Source of the DNA: Eledone cirrhosa
Lineage: Eukaryota
Assembly: GCA_964016885.1 (NCBI GenBank)
Contig: OZ024740.1
Coordinates: 99,138,001-99,202,000, forward strand
Length of the DNA stretch: 64,000 nucleotides
Reading direction: 5' to 3'
Within the stretch, counting starts at the first letter, position 1, and the number at the start of each line of letters is the position of its first letter. This document shows, piece by piece, positions 14,915-27,409 of this stretch. The notes under the pieces are model-generated. The model was not told the DNA's origin, did not search any database, and saw nothing but the letters and a program-made list of their open reading frames with translations. The translations under genes were made by a program, and so were the position numbers.

Positions 14915-16546
14915 CTACCCCCTGACGCACCCCGTTACAATGGTGGCCTCAATCAAGTGCGGCGTCCATGACTTGACGACCATGCGAGTACCGTTGCATT
15001 GCTTTGGTGGACGCAAGTTCCTTATTAGCATAATGGGACAGCCAACCCTAAGCTTAATAATGTGAGGTGGGAGCCCTGGGGGCTCAAGGGAATTTAATAA
15101 CTCAACCGGATAATTAACGATATCGTCGGTGTCTGACGTCCGGTCGATAGATTTGAAGATGTGCTCTTTACCGGGAATCTTCTCAATCAGCTGCTCGTTA
15201 ATAAAATTAACCATGGTATTTTTCGGAGCAAGGATGGCTCTTTCACTGAGCCAATCGAGGTTTTTAAAGTTAGATGAGACATTAGGGAAAACTGCTTCCC
15301 AAAGATCAGAAGGGCGACTCACAATGTTGCACACGGAGTCGATTGCTATGCCGCCCTTGTCATCCGCGGGGACCTTGCCCTCACCAAATGCTAAAATGTT
15401 CTGAGCAAATGCTGCAGTAATGTTGTCACCATGCAAATGTGCACGCATATTTGTGCTCAGGTACAAACTCTTCACCTGGAACCACAATATGGGCGACTTA
15501 AGGCAGGCACGCAGTTCATCAGCTCTTGTCCCTTTGGGGATGACAGGCAGCGTTTGCCAAAAATCCCCTGATAGCAGAAGGGTTACGCCACCCATAGGAG
15601 CCGTAGAATCCCTAATGTCTTTCAGGTTCCTGTCCAATACATGAAGGGCACCCTTGTGTGCCATTGTGCTCTCATCCCAAACAATGAGGCACCATTTTTT
15701 GAGAACCAGAGCTTCATGTGAACTCTTGCTGATATTGCATGTTTGTGTCTCAGTTTTTACTAAATCCAAGGGGAGTTTAAAGGTTGAATGTGCTGTCCTG
15801 CCTCCCGGCAGAAAAGTAGCAGCGATCCCGGATGATGCAACGGCCAACGCAATATTTTTCTCCTGGCGAATCTTAGCGAGAGTCAATTTCGTTACAAAAG
15901 TGTTTCCGATGCCCCCAGTAGCATCGAAAAAGTAAATACCTCCAGTCTGGTGTTGGACCGCGTCAATGATAGTTAAATAGGCCAACCTCTGGTCCGACAG
16001 AAGTTTGGGCTCATTTTCCTCTAAGTATTGGGAAAGAGATTCGATGTCATATGCTGTTTCCCGCAGCAAATCCGGGGCCAACGTGTTTGCTTCCTCTCTG
16101 ACGGTTGACGGCAAGCCATAAGTCGCCAACTCACTCCCAGCCATGTCGAGGAGGGCGTCCTCGATATCAATGAGTACCCTGTTGTAGATAATGTCGCTGT
16201 AACCAACTTCCACTGAAGGATACTGCTGATGAGCCAGACGTAGGAACTCCTCAGACATGAAGTCTCTGTACTTGACCCATAAAGATTTGTGATCACGCAT
16301 TTCACACTTTTTAAGCCAAATGGCAAAGAGTTCCCATAAACCTTTAGGTGATTTAAACAAAGCACCCTCAGCTAAAGTAGAATCCAATTGCCAATCATCT
16401 TCTAAAAGACCACGCTTAAAGCAGGCTTCCCGGTACGTATCACATATTTCTACATCAACAGTTTTGAGGTCCTGAAAACTTTGTGGGCCTACAACTTCAT
16501 GCAGAAGAAGGCGGAGATGAAAGCACTCATGCTGACTTGGGGGCAC
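14915..16546 (-). pseudogene. Helitron PIF1-type SF1 helicase region (543 aa open, Walker A mutated)
   Basis: DATGGIGNTF replaces canonical DAPGGTGKTF. Other motifs are present (IVWDE, GDFxQTLPVI, LSTNMR, CNGTR; RxQLPV...FAMSINKSQGQT in 14639-14896 after a stop). Confidence 0.9.
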
Positions 16547-16867
16547 AGTGTAAACTCTTCCAAGAGAGCTGTCAAATTTGACACCAGGATGTCTTTCAAC
16601 AGCCTTACCTGACTTTCTTTACACCCAAGCGTTTTTCGACCATATAAAGTAGGATGGAACCTGGGGGTACACAATTGCTTGCGCAAATGTATCGAACTGG
16701 CAAAGTTTGAAGAAACCCGTCAGAGTGGTCTCTCTCAGATCAGCGGCCAACTTGGCGGCGGTTTGGCCCGTAAAGTAAACCCTTTGCCCATTTTCCAAAT
16801 ATACTGCAAGCTGTACGATGCCGGGGTGCCGTTGATATAGGGGTAAACCAAATACGCGCCAAAAAGC

Positions 16868-17498
16868 TTAATTGCTACTGATGTACCACCCCGCCAGGTA
16901 TTCTGTGACCTCGTCCCTGCTATTTTCAGCTTGAAATGCGAACATTGCGGCATCAGAGCCCTTATTTACATATTTGCATATGTATTTTATCGACTTGACG
17001 GAGTTGGAAAACTTAACGTTGATGAGGGCGTTGAAAATCTTCAAGAGAAGCGGACAGTAAGGGACCACCCATCTATTGTCGACTTGACCTCCCTTTACTG
17101 TTGAGTTGAAGCCACCGTTCTCGGGCCGTCTCCGCCTGTATAGGGGTACCCGTCTCCACCAGTCTGAGTCTGGTCAACAAATTTTTTTGAGTATCCCTTA
17201 CTGCACCCCCCCCCCCTTTTTAGACACGTATGATGCTCATTAGGACCCGACGCACACGGACCATGTTAGCTTTGACGATGTCATGTAATTCCTGGTCAGT
17301 TGCTGGGTTAGGGATTTCAGCCGAAATGAAGCTGTCTATGCCATGTGAATTGATTTTATCAGCTAACCAAATCAAAATGTGAGCATGTGGCAGCCCTCGT
17401 TTTTGCCATTCGACGGTGAACATGTCACATTTTACAGCCCCAAATACCTGACCCTTTTTTATTAAAGCCATGAGTTTAGCCAGTTTCAGTCTGAACAC
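16868..17498 (-). pseudogene. Helitron Rep (HUH-Y2 endonuclease) fragments
   Basis: EWQKRGLPHAHILIW (17220-17498) and SIKYICKYVNKGSD (16868-17068), broken by deletions and frameshifts. Confidence 0.9.
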
Positions 17499-19429
17499 TC
17501 TGGCAATAAGGTAATGTCTGTTCGAATAATTTTGCCCAGGAAAAGGTTCACGGGTTACATTCCAATTCGTATGTCTATAGTATTAATCTGTTATATGAAG
17601 TATTATTTTGCAGGTTGTTATTTACAATAAGCCGATTGAAAATGCCCAGATAAGCCGTATGTCAATACGGAACGCTCAATACGGAACGCTCCACTGCAGT
17701 GTTGTCATATAGGGAGTGAAGAGCGACAGAGAGAGTAAATCAGTTAAATTATAGAGAGAGGGAATATACGGAACGCCCCATTTGCTCATACACATTGCTT
17801 CTCTCTCTGCAGTGTTGTCATATAGAGAGTGAAGAGCGACAGAGAGAGAGTAAAGCAGTTACATTATAGAGAGGGGGAATGATCATGATCGATTTTTGCC
17901 CTTATTGTTGATGGATTTGAAATTTGTTTGCTTCATGACCTTTCCCTGACCACAAGCAATAATTGTGCCGACGTTGAACAGAATCCGTTGAAAATTGTGG
18001 ACGTGAATCCGTTACAAATCTTAACACACACATCTTCAGGTTTTTTATATATAGATGATGGTATATAGATGAGAGACAAACGTAAATAAGAATAAACGTA
18101 TGATAGAGAGAAGAGAAGAAGGATAGAGGGACAAATAGATGAATAAACGTTAATTCGTCAATAAATGTAAATAAAAATAAAATATATATATAAAAAAATT
18201 ATGAAAAAATTATGAAATTATGGTAATGTTTAATATATTTATGTGTGTATTGGTTATTTTAATAAATAAATAAATTAATTAGTTTTAAATTATATTATAT
18301 GATAAAATAGAATGACAGATATGAGATAAATTTAGGGAGAGACATTAAAATAAAGAGTGAAAAAATATATATATATAAAAAGAATGTAAATATAAGAGGT
18401 TTTGATGTTGTTCTTTGATAGATGATGACAATTATAGTTATAATTATAATGATGATGATGATGTTGATAATGTGAAATCATAATAGATCCAAGTGGTACA
18501 ATTTGATTTATGGAGTAGATGAGATGGAATTAGGCTGGTCTAAAGTTCTCAAATTTAGTTGCTGATTTATGGCGACACAAAATGTTTTTTTCAATTCCAT
18601 AACCCAGATTGTACCACTTGGATCTATTATGATATCACATTATCAACATCATCATCATTATAATTATAACTATAATTGTCATCATCTATCAAAGAACAAC
18701 ATCAAAACTTCTTATATTTACATTCTTTTTTTTTATATATATTTTTTTACTTTTTTATTTTAATATGTCTCTCCCTAAATTTATCTCATATCTGTCATTC
18801 TATTTTATCATATAATATAACTTAAAATTAATTAATTTATTTATTTATTAAAATAACCAATACACACATAAATATATTTAACATTACCATAATTTCACCA
18901 TTTTTTCATAATATTTTTTATATATATATATTTATTTTTATTTACATTTATTGACGCATTAACGTTTATTCATCTATTTGTCCCTCTATCCTTCTTCTCT
19001 TCTCTCTATCATATGTTTATTCTTATTTACGTTTGTCTCTCATCTATATACCATCATATGCTATATATATCTTCCTTTCTTTATATTTCTATCTATAATA
19101 ATTTCTCCTTTTCTTCTGCTTTCTCTTTTTCTTTTATGTTTCTTTTTCCTTCTTCTTCTGTTTCTTTCCTTTCCTTTCTTTCTATACTGTATCTATTTCC
19201 CTTTCTTCTTCCTTTTCGCTCTATATCTTTATTATTAATATTATTGTTGATGATGTAATTTGAATTTGTAAATTTGCCGGTTACACATATATGTTTTGAT
19301 CAGTTTCCGATGATCTAGTAGAGTTAACATCGAATTTAAAATTGAGTGGCACTACTTTTAGTGTTCACCAATTATTAGACAACTCTATCCCCTTTTGTAC
19401 TGTTGACCATATTATTCTCCACTTTTTCA

Positions 19430-19605
<176 letters not shown>

Positions 19606-19714
19606 TCTATATATATTTTAATAAGTATTTGCTCTAAGGTTCTTATATATTTGATATATATTTATCCTTATCGAGCACTCTTTGGATTTTAGTCTTCAAA
19701 TTTATTATTTTTAC

Positions 19715-19819
<105 letters not shown>

Positions 19820-19822
19820 TTA

Positions 19823-19859
<37 letters not shown>

Positions 19860-19862
<3 letters not shown>

Positions 19863-20463
19863 GATAAATCTACCAAGAGTTTACGGTAGTGTCCAATCCG
19901 TATGAAGAACTCAATGTATTCCGGATATCATGGAAAGAAGAGATGCAATGAAAAACGACTTTCGGTGAAAGATAAACGGTATACAGAGTCAAGATAAAAT
20001 ATTAAACAAATAATGAACAAACAATTCCTTATATTAAACAAAAAAAGTTCATTATTTAACGATCGTTTCTAGGATATATATGTGTTATAATTGGTATGCA
20101 TATTCAACAGATCTATGTACAAAATTATACAAAATTATACAAATTATCAAGATTAAATATACATACCAAACACATATATACGCCGTCTTCAGAAATAATT
20201 ATTTCTGAAGACGGCGTATATATGTGTTTGGTATGTATATTTAATCTTGATAATTTGTATAATTTTGTATAATTTTGTACATAGATCTGTTGAATATGCA
20301 TACCAATTATAACACATATATATCCTAGAAACGATCGTTAAATAATGAACTTTTTTTGTTGAATATGCATACCAATTATAACACATATATATCCTAGAAA
20401 CGATCGTTAAATAATGAACTTTTTTTGTTTAATATAAGGAATTGTTTGTTCATTATTTGTTTA

Positions 20464-20470
<7 letters not shown>
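19860..20470. mobile_element. Foldback PLE-pLTR-like fragment; spacerless palindrome centred at 20198/20199
   Basis: Arms ~19995-20198 and 20199-20470, with a ~70-bp internal duplication in the right arm. Each arm contains a hammerhead. Confidence 0.8.
20198..20346 (+). ncRNA. Type I hammerhead with ~115-nt stem II (mirror copy 20051-20199, - strand)
   Basis: AUUAUUU-CUGAAGA-[UAUAUAUGUGUU...AACACAUAUAUA]-GAAAC-GAUC-GUU-AAAUAAU. The base of stem II is mismatched. Confidence 0.72.
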
Positions 20471-20522
<52 letters not shown>

Positions 20523-20852
20523 GCACACAGATATCCACGGTAAGTTGTGGGGTCCAGTCTGCATGAAGAACTCAATGTAATCCATATGTTGAAAATGTTG
20601 TAGGTTAAAATAAATGCCGGAAAACAATAAAACATTAAAAGGAAAACAGATTCATGATATAAGTTAAAACAATGAAATAAAAAATCAAGTCATTAGAAAT
20701 ATACTTCATTGTTTTACGATTGTTTCAAGGTGATGATAATACATCGTAACTATACTTCGATATCGATCTATGTAAGGTTAGTTACAAAATACCAGATAAA
20801 GAGAATATTTACTTACATGCATATCACCAGCTGTTGTCAAAAGCTATAATAA

Positions 20853-20949
<97 letters not shown>

Positions 20950-20954
20950 ATATA

Positions 20955-23860
20955 TAAGAAGTTTAGCAGATGCAGAAATACATATACCGAAATATACTGT
21001 ATTTCGTACGGGCAGGAAGGACAGAACTCATGGCGGGGTTGCTCTGTATATCCGTGAAGATGTCACACCAATTGTACTGTTGACACATTCAAACTCAGTC
21101 TGTGACACACTGATAATACATATGAACCAACTAAAACAGTAATATGTCACATATCCGCCGCCCGATGCCCCCAGTCATGAGTGTAAATTTGAGGATAGCC
21201 TCAGTAGGATAGAAGAGGTCCTTGACATACTAGACCAGGGTCTGAACATTCTACTGCTGGGAGACTTCAACTTGCCAAAGGTCAAATGGCCTGAGGTCCA
21301 CCTCCTCCCTGGAATGACGTCAATAGAACAGAGACAGACGGAATCCCTGATGGCCCTCACACACAGGCTGTTCATGGAACAAGCAGTACTCCTCCCAACA
21401 AGAGGCGAAAATGTCCTCGACCTCTGTTTTACAAAAAACGAAGTGCTCCTCCACAATGTAAAGGTGATACCAACAATTTTCTCGGATCATAACCTAGTAG
21501 AACTAATGATCCGAGATAACCAACAGAGACACAACCATCAAGAAGCACCAGGACGTTATCTAGCCTTAACTTCTACAAGGTTAACTGGAAAAAGATCAAG
21601 AGAGAAATCCGGAAGCAAATATGGAGCGAAAACACCGCCACACAAGACACCAACACACAATTTCAACACTTCATGACAACGATACACACTATATGCAAAA
21701 AGTTTGTCACGGAGAAAAATGCAAACAGACACAAAAATCTTATTCCCAGAGATAGGAAAATCCTTATGAGACGTAGAACCAAGCTCTCAAACCAGTTGAA
21801 TGCACAACAAGAAATCAAAAACAAGAAGGAATCATATTTGAAACGTGCACTACTAGACACCGAGATTGCACTCAAACTTTCCCATTAAAATGAGAGGGCA
21901 AAGAAAGAAAGCAGGGCCATAGAAAATATTAAAACAAACCCTAAGGCCATCTTTAAATTTGCAAAAGAAACTGCCTCGGTACACTACAAGATTGGGCCAC
22001 TCTTCCATACAGACGGTTCATTAACCGAGAATCCCCAAGAGAGATGTGAAATACTGAACGATCAGTACAAAAGTGTGTTCACATGTCCACTGAGGCACCT
22101 GCAAATAACAAAGCCAGAGGAGTTCTTTGATGCCACACCACTACATGAAGAAATGGCGACCACCAACCAGACATAACGGAGGAGGATGTGGTATACGCCA
22201 TAGATGAAATTAGAACAGACTCAGCTGCTGGACCTGATAGATTCCCAGCAGTCTTCTGAAAAATATGTAAACGGGTCTTAGCAACTCCACTGAAGACGCT
22301 CTTCAGAAGCTCCTTCGCTAGCGGTATACTACCCAGGGAGTTGAAAGAAGGCACAATATGTCCTATCCATAAAGGAGATAGCAGAGCGGAGGCCAATAAC
22401 TATAGGCCAGTCTCCCTGACGTCGCATATCAGTAAGGTCATGGAGCGAGTCGTCAGAAAGAAACTGATCACTTTCCTTGAGGAAAATGACCGCCTGACTA
22501 GCACGCAGCATGGTTTCCGCCCAGGAAGAAGCTGCCTTACACAGCTGCTACATCACTACGTCTGGGTACTGAAACAACTACTAGACAGCTCACATGTGGA
22601 CGTGATATATCTTGACTTTGCGAAGGGCTTTGACAAGGTCGACCACGGAATATGTCACAAACTACACGGACTCGGCATAACTGGAAAAGTAGGTGAGTGG
22701 CTGCATGACTTCTTAAAGGACAGAAGCCAGACAATCGCAGCAAACGGGGCCCTCTCAAAGGAAACATCAATAACAAGTGGGGGGCTCCAAGGGACAGTCC
22801 TGGGACCACTACTGTTTTTGGTGGCTCTCTCAGACATGCACTCTGTAGTACATACAACAACATCCCTCACTAGCTATGCTGATGAAACTAAGGTAGCACA
22901 GCAAATCAAAAACACGGCTGACGCTACCCTTTTACAACAGGATCTGGATGTCATATACAAATGGGCGGAAGAAAACAACATACAGTTTAATGCTGCCAAA
23001 TTCCAAGCCCTACAATACAAACCTGCAAATACAAATACAGTACAACACAGATACGCAGGACCAGGAGGGACCGATATCCCCGTGTCAAAATCGATACGAG
23101 ACCTGGGTATAGACATGAGCGATGATGCATCTTTTTCCTCACACATCATGAAAGTGGCGACAATGTGCAGACGACTCGCTGGCTTGATCTTGAGGACTTT
23201 CCGGACAAGAGACCGAGTCAAAATGTTGACATTATGGTGGATATTTGTCCTAAACCGCCTGGACTATTGCTCCCAGTTGTGGTCACCTCATAGTGTCAAA
23301 CTAACGAGGGAAATTGAGGCAATCCAGCGAAGCCACATCAAGAGGATTGCCACAATGAAGGAGATAAGCTACTGGGAGAGGCTAAAAGAACTGAACCTCT
23401 ACTCCTTGGAACGAAGACCGGAGAGATACGCAGTAATCTACATGTGGAAAATCCTGGAGGGCCTAGCACACAACTTTGGGAATTGGAGCTGGACCAACCT
23501 TCGAACAGGATGGCACTGTGTGGTGCCAAAGGTCCCGTCTTCCACATCTAGAATAAGGAGCAGATATTGCAATAGCCTGGAATCCAAGGGCCCTCAACTG
23601 TTCAACAATCTGCCGAGGGATCTGAGAGATCTGCATGGTGTGGAGGTGGATGTCTTCAAGAAACATCTCGACACCTTGCTATCCGGGATCCCGGATGAGC
23701 CCACATCAAGGCACACGGGAAACCTAAAGGCAGCAGCAACAAACTCCCTCTTACACCAGTGGCCAACCAATACAGGCTGGAGATAAAATGTGTAGCAAGA
23801 AGGGCGGTGTCCCAGCATGGCCTCAGCCAGATGGCTGGAACAAGTAAAAGAGTAAAAGAA
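20955..23860 (+). mobile_element. CR1-group LINE, 5'-truncated, APE endonuclease plus RT, decayed
   Basis: APE motifs (GGVALYI, GDFN, PTRGENVLDL, SDHNLV) and RT in 22341-23786 (NYRPVSLTS, QHGFRPGRSC, YLDFAKGFDKV, QGTVLGPLLF, YADE instead of YADD, LNLYSLERR). Short (GTAAAAGA) tail. Confidence 0.92.
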
Positions 23861-23889
23861 TATATATATAGAGAGAGAGATATACATAT

Positions 23890-26800
23890 AGATAAAAAAT
23901 GAAGATTAACATGGTTGGCTGTACAATAAAAGCTTTATTTAATGTACTGACAATTGTTTCATTGATCATGTGGGTCTAGAGTTTGCTAATCGCTTGATGT
24001 TGCGTTATTCGATCTCCAATACATTATTCACCTCTGGTCAACACATCAGAGCATGTAGATTGGAAAATAATTCCCTCGAGGCAAGACTTATATAGAGAAA
24101 TAGCGTATAATTAAAACAATAACATCAAAAATAAAATAGCGTATAATATAAACAATAACATCAATAATAATCCATGTATAGTAAATAGGTAGAAAAGTTA
24201 CAGATGTAAAAAGTAAAAGTAGAATAAAAGATAGGGTACATAAAAAAGTAAGAAAATGAGAAAATGGAAAATATAAAGAGATAAATAAATAAATAAGTGA
24301 GATCGTGTAAGTACATAGTAGTAGTTTTTGAGTAAGTGTTCTTATAAGGATTCGTTGGTGGGAAGCTAGAATTGAGATGTACATAGATACGTGTAGAGGG
24401 TGCGATAAAAGAGACAATAAATTAGAGATTAATTGTTGGATGTATGTATGATATTTATGGGCTAGGGATGACGGAACATTTGATAAACACTCGTTGTAAA
24501 TGTTTTGCTGATTGTTCTATCTTAATGGGGTTGATGTTGTTTCATGGAGAGTGGGTGAAAGAAATGTTCAGAGATTTATGATCCAGTGACCAGTTGGCCG
24601 TTTGATAGCTAATAACAGTGCGATGGTGTGTATTCTATATGTTAAAATCTAGGTAGGTCAGTACTAATTTTGGGATTGCTGGTTCAATTCATGGTGGTTT
24701 AAAGTTTGTGAATCTAGTAGCTATTTTATGTCTACAGAAAATAGACCTTTCTATTTTGCTGTTAAGCAGCATCTCATCGTACCTTAAAATATGAAGTAGT
24801 TCTAAATTAGAAAGCCCGTAGTGGGACATACCGTTGCTGTAGGCTTTCGTTACCGATAATTTTGACCAGCTAATCTTATATTCTAGGTTTCTCTCCTTAA
24901 GCTGCCAGATTTTATTGGCAAGCATCGTAGAGTTCTCCACTGCACGGTTCTTCATGGAGTGTCTGGGACGTACCCCCTTTTCTTAAACTCCCCAGACGTG
25001 GAACCTATCTAGTGCCAGGTAGAATTGCCTAAATTCACAGTACACCGGTATACCATACTTGAATCCAGGCATCTATTCCGTAGTGGGCACTTATCCGGTA
25101 GGTGGCAACATACAATTTGAGGTTTTATTTTGTGCAGGTTCATCGTTGCAGTTTTGTAAGTTGTTGTGGGTGGGTTGGGATTTAGGCCTATTAATGTTTA
25201 GTTGTGATGTGTTCCGATGCGTTTGTGGTTGTAGTGTTGTTATGTGTTTGTATTTTATATTTGGTGCTATTGTGCGCGTTGTTAGGTTAATTTCTTTAGA
25301 TATTTTTTTGTGGTTGATCTTACGTATGTGCGATTCTATGTTGGCTGCAGTAGAATATGAAAGTTTTATAATTTTTCTATTGGAGATGTTATTGGTATTT
25401 GTGTAGTGCAGGGAAGTGCTTATCTATTAGTTTAAAGAATGTAGAAGGTAGTTTAGTTTTTATAGAGTTGAATATTGGATTGAACCAGAGGTACTTTCTA
25501 TCTCTGGATCTTCTATAGTTTTTTGGGGTCCTTATATTAGTGTTCTGTTCGGTTATTTTTGGTGTTCGTTGTCTAACTCTATGTTTAGTTATGCTTGCTA
25601 TTTCTATATGAGTGGGTAGTGTTGCTGTTGTCAGGTTTGTTATTGTTGTCTGTATCTAGTATGTATTCCAGTTTCTCTTTATGTCCAGACTTATGTAAAG
25701 CTATGTTATATTAGTTTGCGTGTTCGTTAAACATTTTTAGGTTCGAAGATAGGCGGGATATTCTGAGGGATATATTATGTGCTATGGAGTTAATTATGGA
25801 TCGGGGGTGGTTTGACTTATAACTAATGTATGCTAGATTTTCGTTAATCTTATGGAAGGGTTCTATAATCCTGTGTTTAGGTTGAGAGTTACACCTAAGA
25901 CATTTGCTTTTTTAGAGTTAAGTTCGAAAGTGATACATAGGCCTAGTTTCTTGAAGAATACTCTAATGTTTTTTCTTAATCTTTCCATGTTCTGATTATT
26001 TAAGTTTTTGGCTAGAAGGAATGTATCGTCTCTGTAAATTCCTCCTTTGTGGTTATTGAATTCCTTATCTGAGTCGTTAGATCCCATTCCTTATCTGAGT
26101 CGTTAGATCCCATTGTGATATCGAAGCTATTCTGTCTGTTTTTTCGTTCCCAGTAACTATTTTCGAATCTAATGATAGTCGTTCTAGCAGCTAGTATTAT
26201 TTTAATTTCGTCCAAGGTAAGGTCCGAATTTGTTGGGGCGAAGGTTAGCGCTTTACCCAGGGTGACTGGGGATATGGATGATTAGTAGTTAATAATATCG
26301 AATTGTATGAAGTTAGATGTATCTCTACTGTTTATTTTGCTGAACCAGTCTATTGTTTCGTTAGTGTTACCCCATAGCTTAATTACTAGTTTATCCTTAA
26401 TTTGTGCGATTACTCTATCTAGTCTATACTTGCTAATTCTACCGATATCCTACTTAGATGGGCATATTAATCTAATTGTGGGGTCTGTTTCGAAACTATT
26501 TTTGTGATCCTTTAGGTTAAATGTGGGGTTACAAGGGGTTAGAGGCCCGGTTCTATCAGATATTTTCAGTCATTTTACTATGCTAGGTCATTCCTTATTA
26601 ATGCTAGTGAGGGCAGATTCTGTTGTTTTTTTTTGTATCTTTTGTGCAATTCCCGGCGTATAAAATTATTGTATGTATTGAGGCTCATGGTGTATACCTT
26701 TGATGTTTTGTCTGCTTTTACTATAATACCGTTTATCACAAAAATCATGATCCTGCAGAGTGGCGTTTGTTTATTGACTCTAGTAGACGTGCATTGTTGT

Positions 26801-26975
26801 TGTTTGCAATTTGTTGTGATGTGTTCGTTTTTTTAATTTAGTTCAACCTATCATATTCATGAGGTCGAGTTCAAAGGCATCAAGGTAGGGGTTATTTAGT
26901 GGATTTTTGCAGGTTTTGAATCCGTATTTTTCCCTAGTAAATTCATCCGTGTTATTAGCGTGTCCCTATGTGTTA
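23890..26975 (-). mobile_element. Penelope-like element, decayed RT plus GIY-YIG and 3' UTR
   Basis: FDITMGS (26012-26215), GGIYRDD (25863-26087) and GIY-YIG C-terminus LANKIWQLKE...LLNSKIERSIFCRHK (24689-24955). Confidence 0.88.
23945..24053 (-). ncRNA. Long-stem-II hammerhead, core mutated at position 9
   Basis: UGCU-CUGAUGU-GUUGA...UCAAU-GAAAC-AAUU-GUC-AGUA at the PLE 3' end, in sense orientation. Confidence 0.62.
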
Positions 26976-27034
26976 TATATACTATATATATATATATAAT
27001 ATATATATATCATATATCATTATATATATATATA

Positions 27035-27400
27035 CACATAGGACACGCTAATAACACGGATGAATTTACTAGGGAAAAATACGGATTCAAAACCTGCAAA
27101 AAATCACACTAAATAACCCCTACCCTTGATGCCTTTTGAAACTCGACCCTCATGAATATGATAGGTTGAACTAAATTAAAAAAAACGAACACATCACAAC
27201 AAATTGCAAAACAACAACAATGCACTACTAGAGTCAATAAACAAACGCCCACTCTAGCAGGATCATGATTTTTGTGATAAACACGGTATTATAGTAAAAG
27301 CAGACAAAACATCAAAGGTATACACCATGAGCCTCAATACATACAATAATACCGTTTATCACAAAAATCATGATCCTGCAGAGTGGCGTTTGTTTATTGA
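27035..27400 (+). repeat. Indel-rich inverted duplicate of ~26670-26975
   Basis: Reverse complement of the PLE 5' edge with many single-base insertions. Confidence 0.85.
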
Positions 27401-27409
27401 CTATATAAT

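Larger units (their letters stand above)
14318..18055 (-). mobile_element. Helitron copy 2, both termini present, internally deleted
   Basis: Minus strand begins TCTATATATAAAA (18055) and ends with a GC-rich hairpin remnant plus CTAG (14318-14321). Inserted between A and T with no TSD. The empty site is preserved in the inverted arm near 19055. Confidence 0.95.

Noticed and set aside
14915-16546. Active or domesticated PIF1 helicase gene
   Set aside because: The Walker A lysine is replaced, a stop precedes the C-terminal motifs, and it lies inside Helitron termini.
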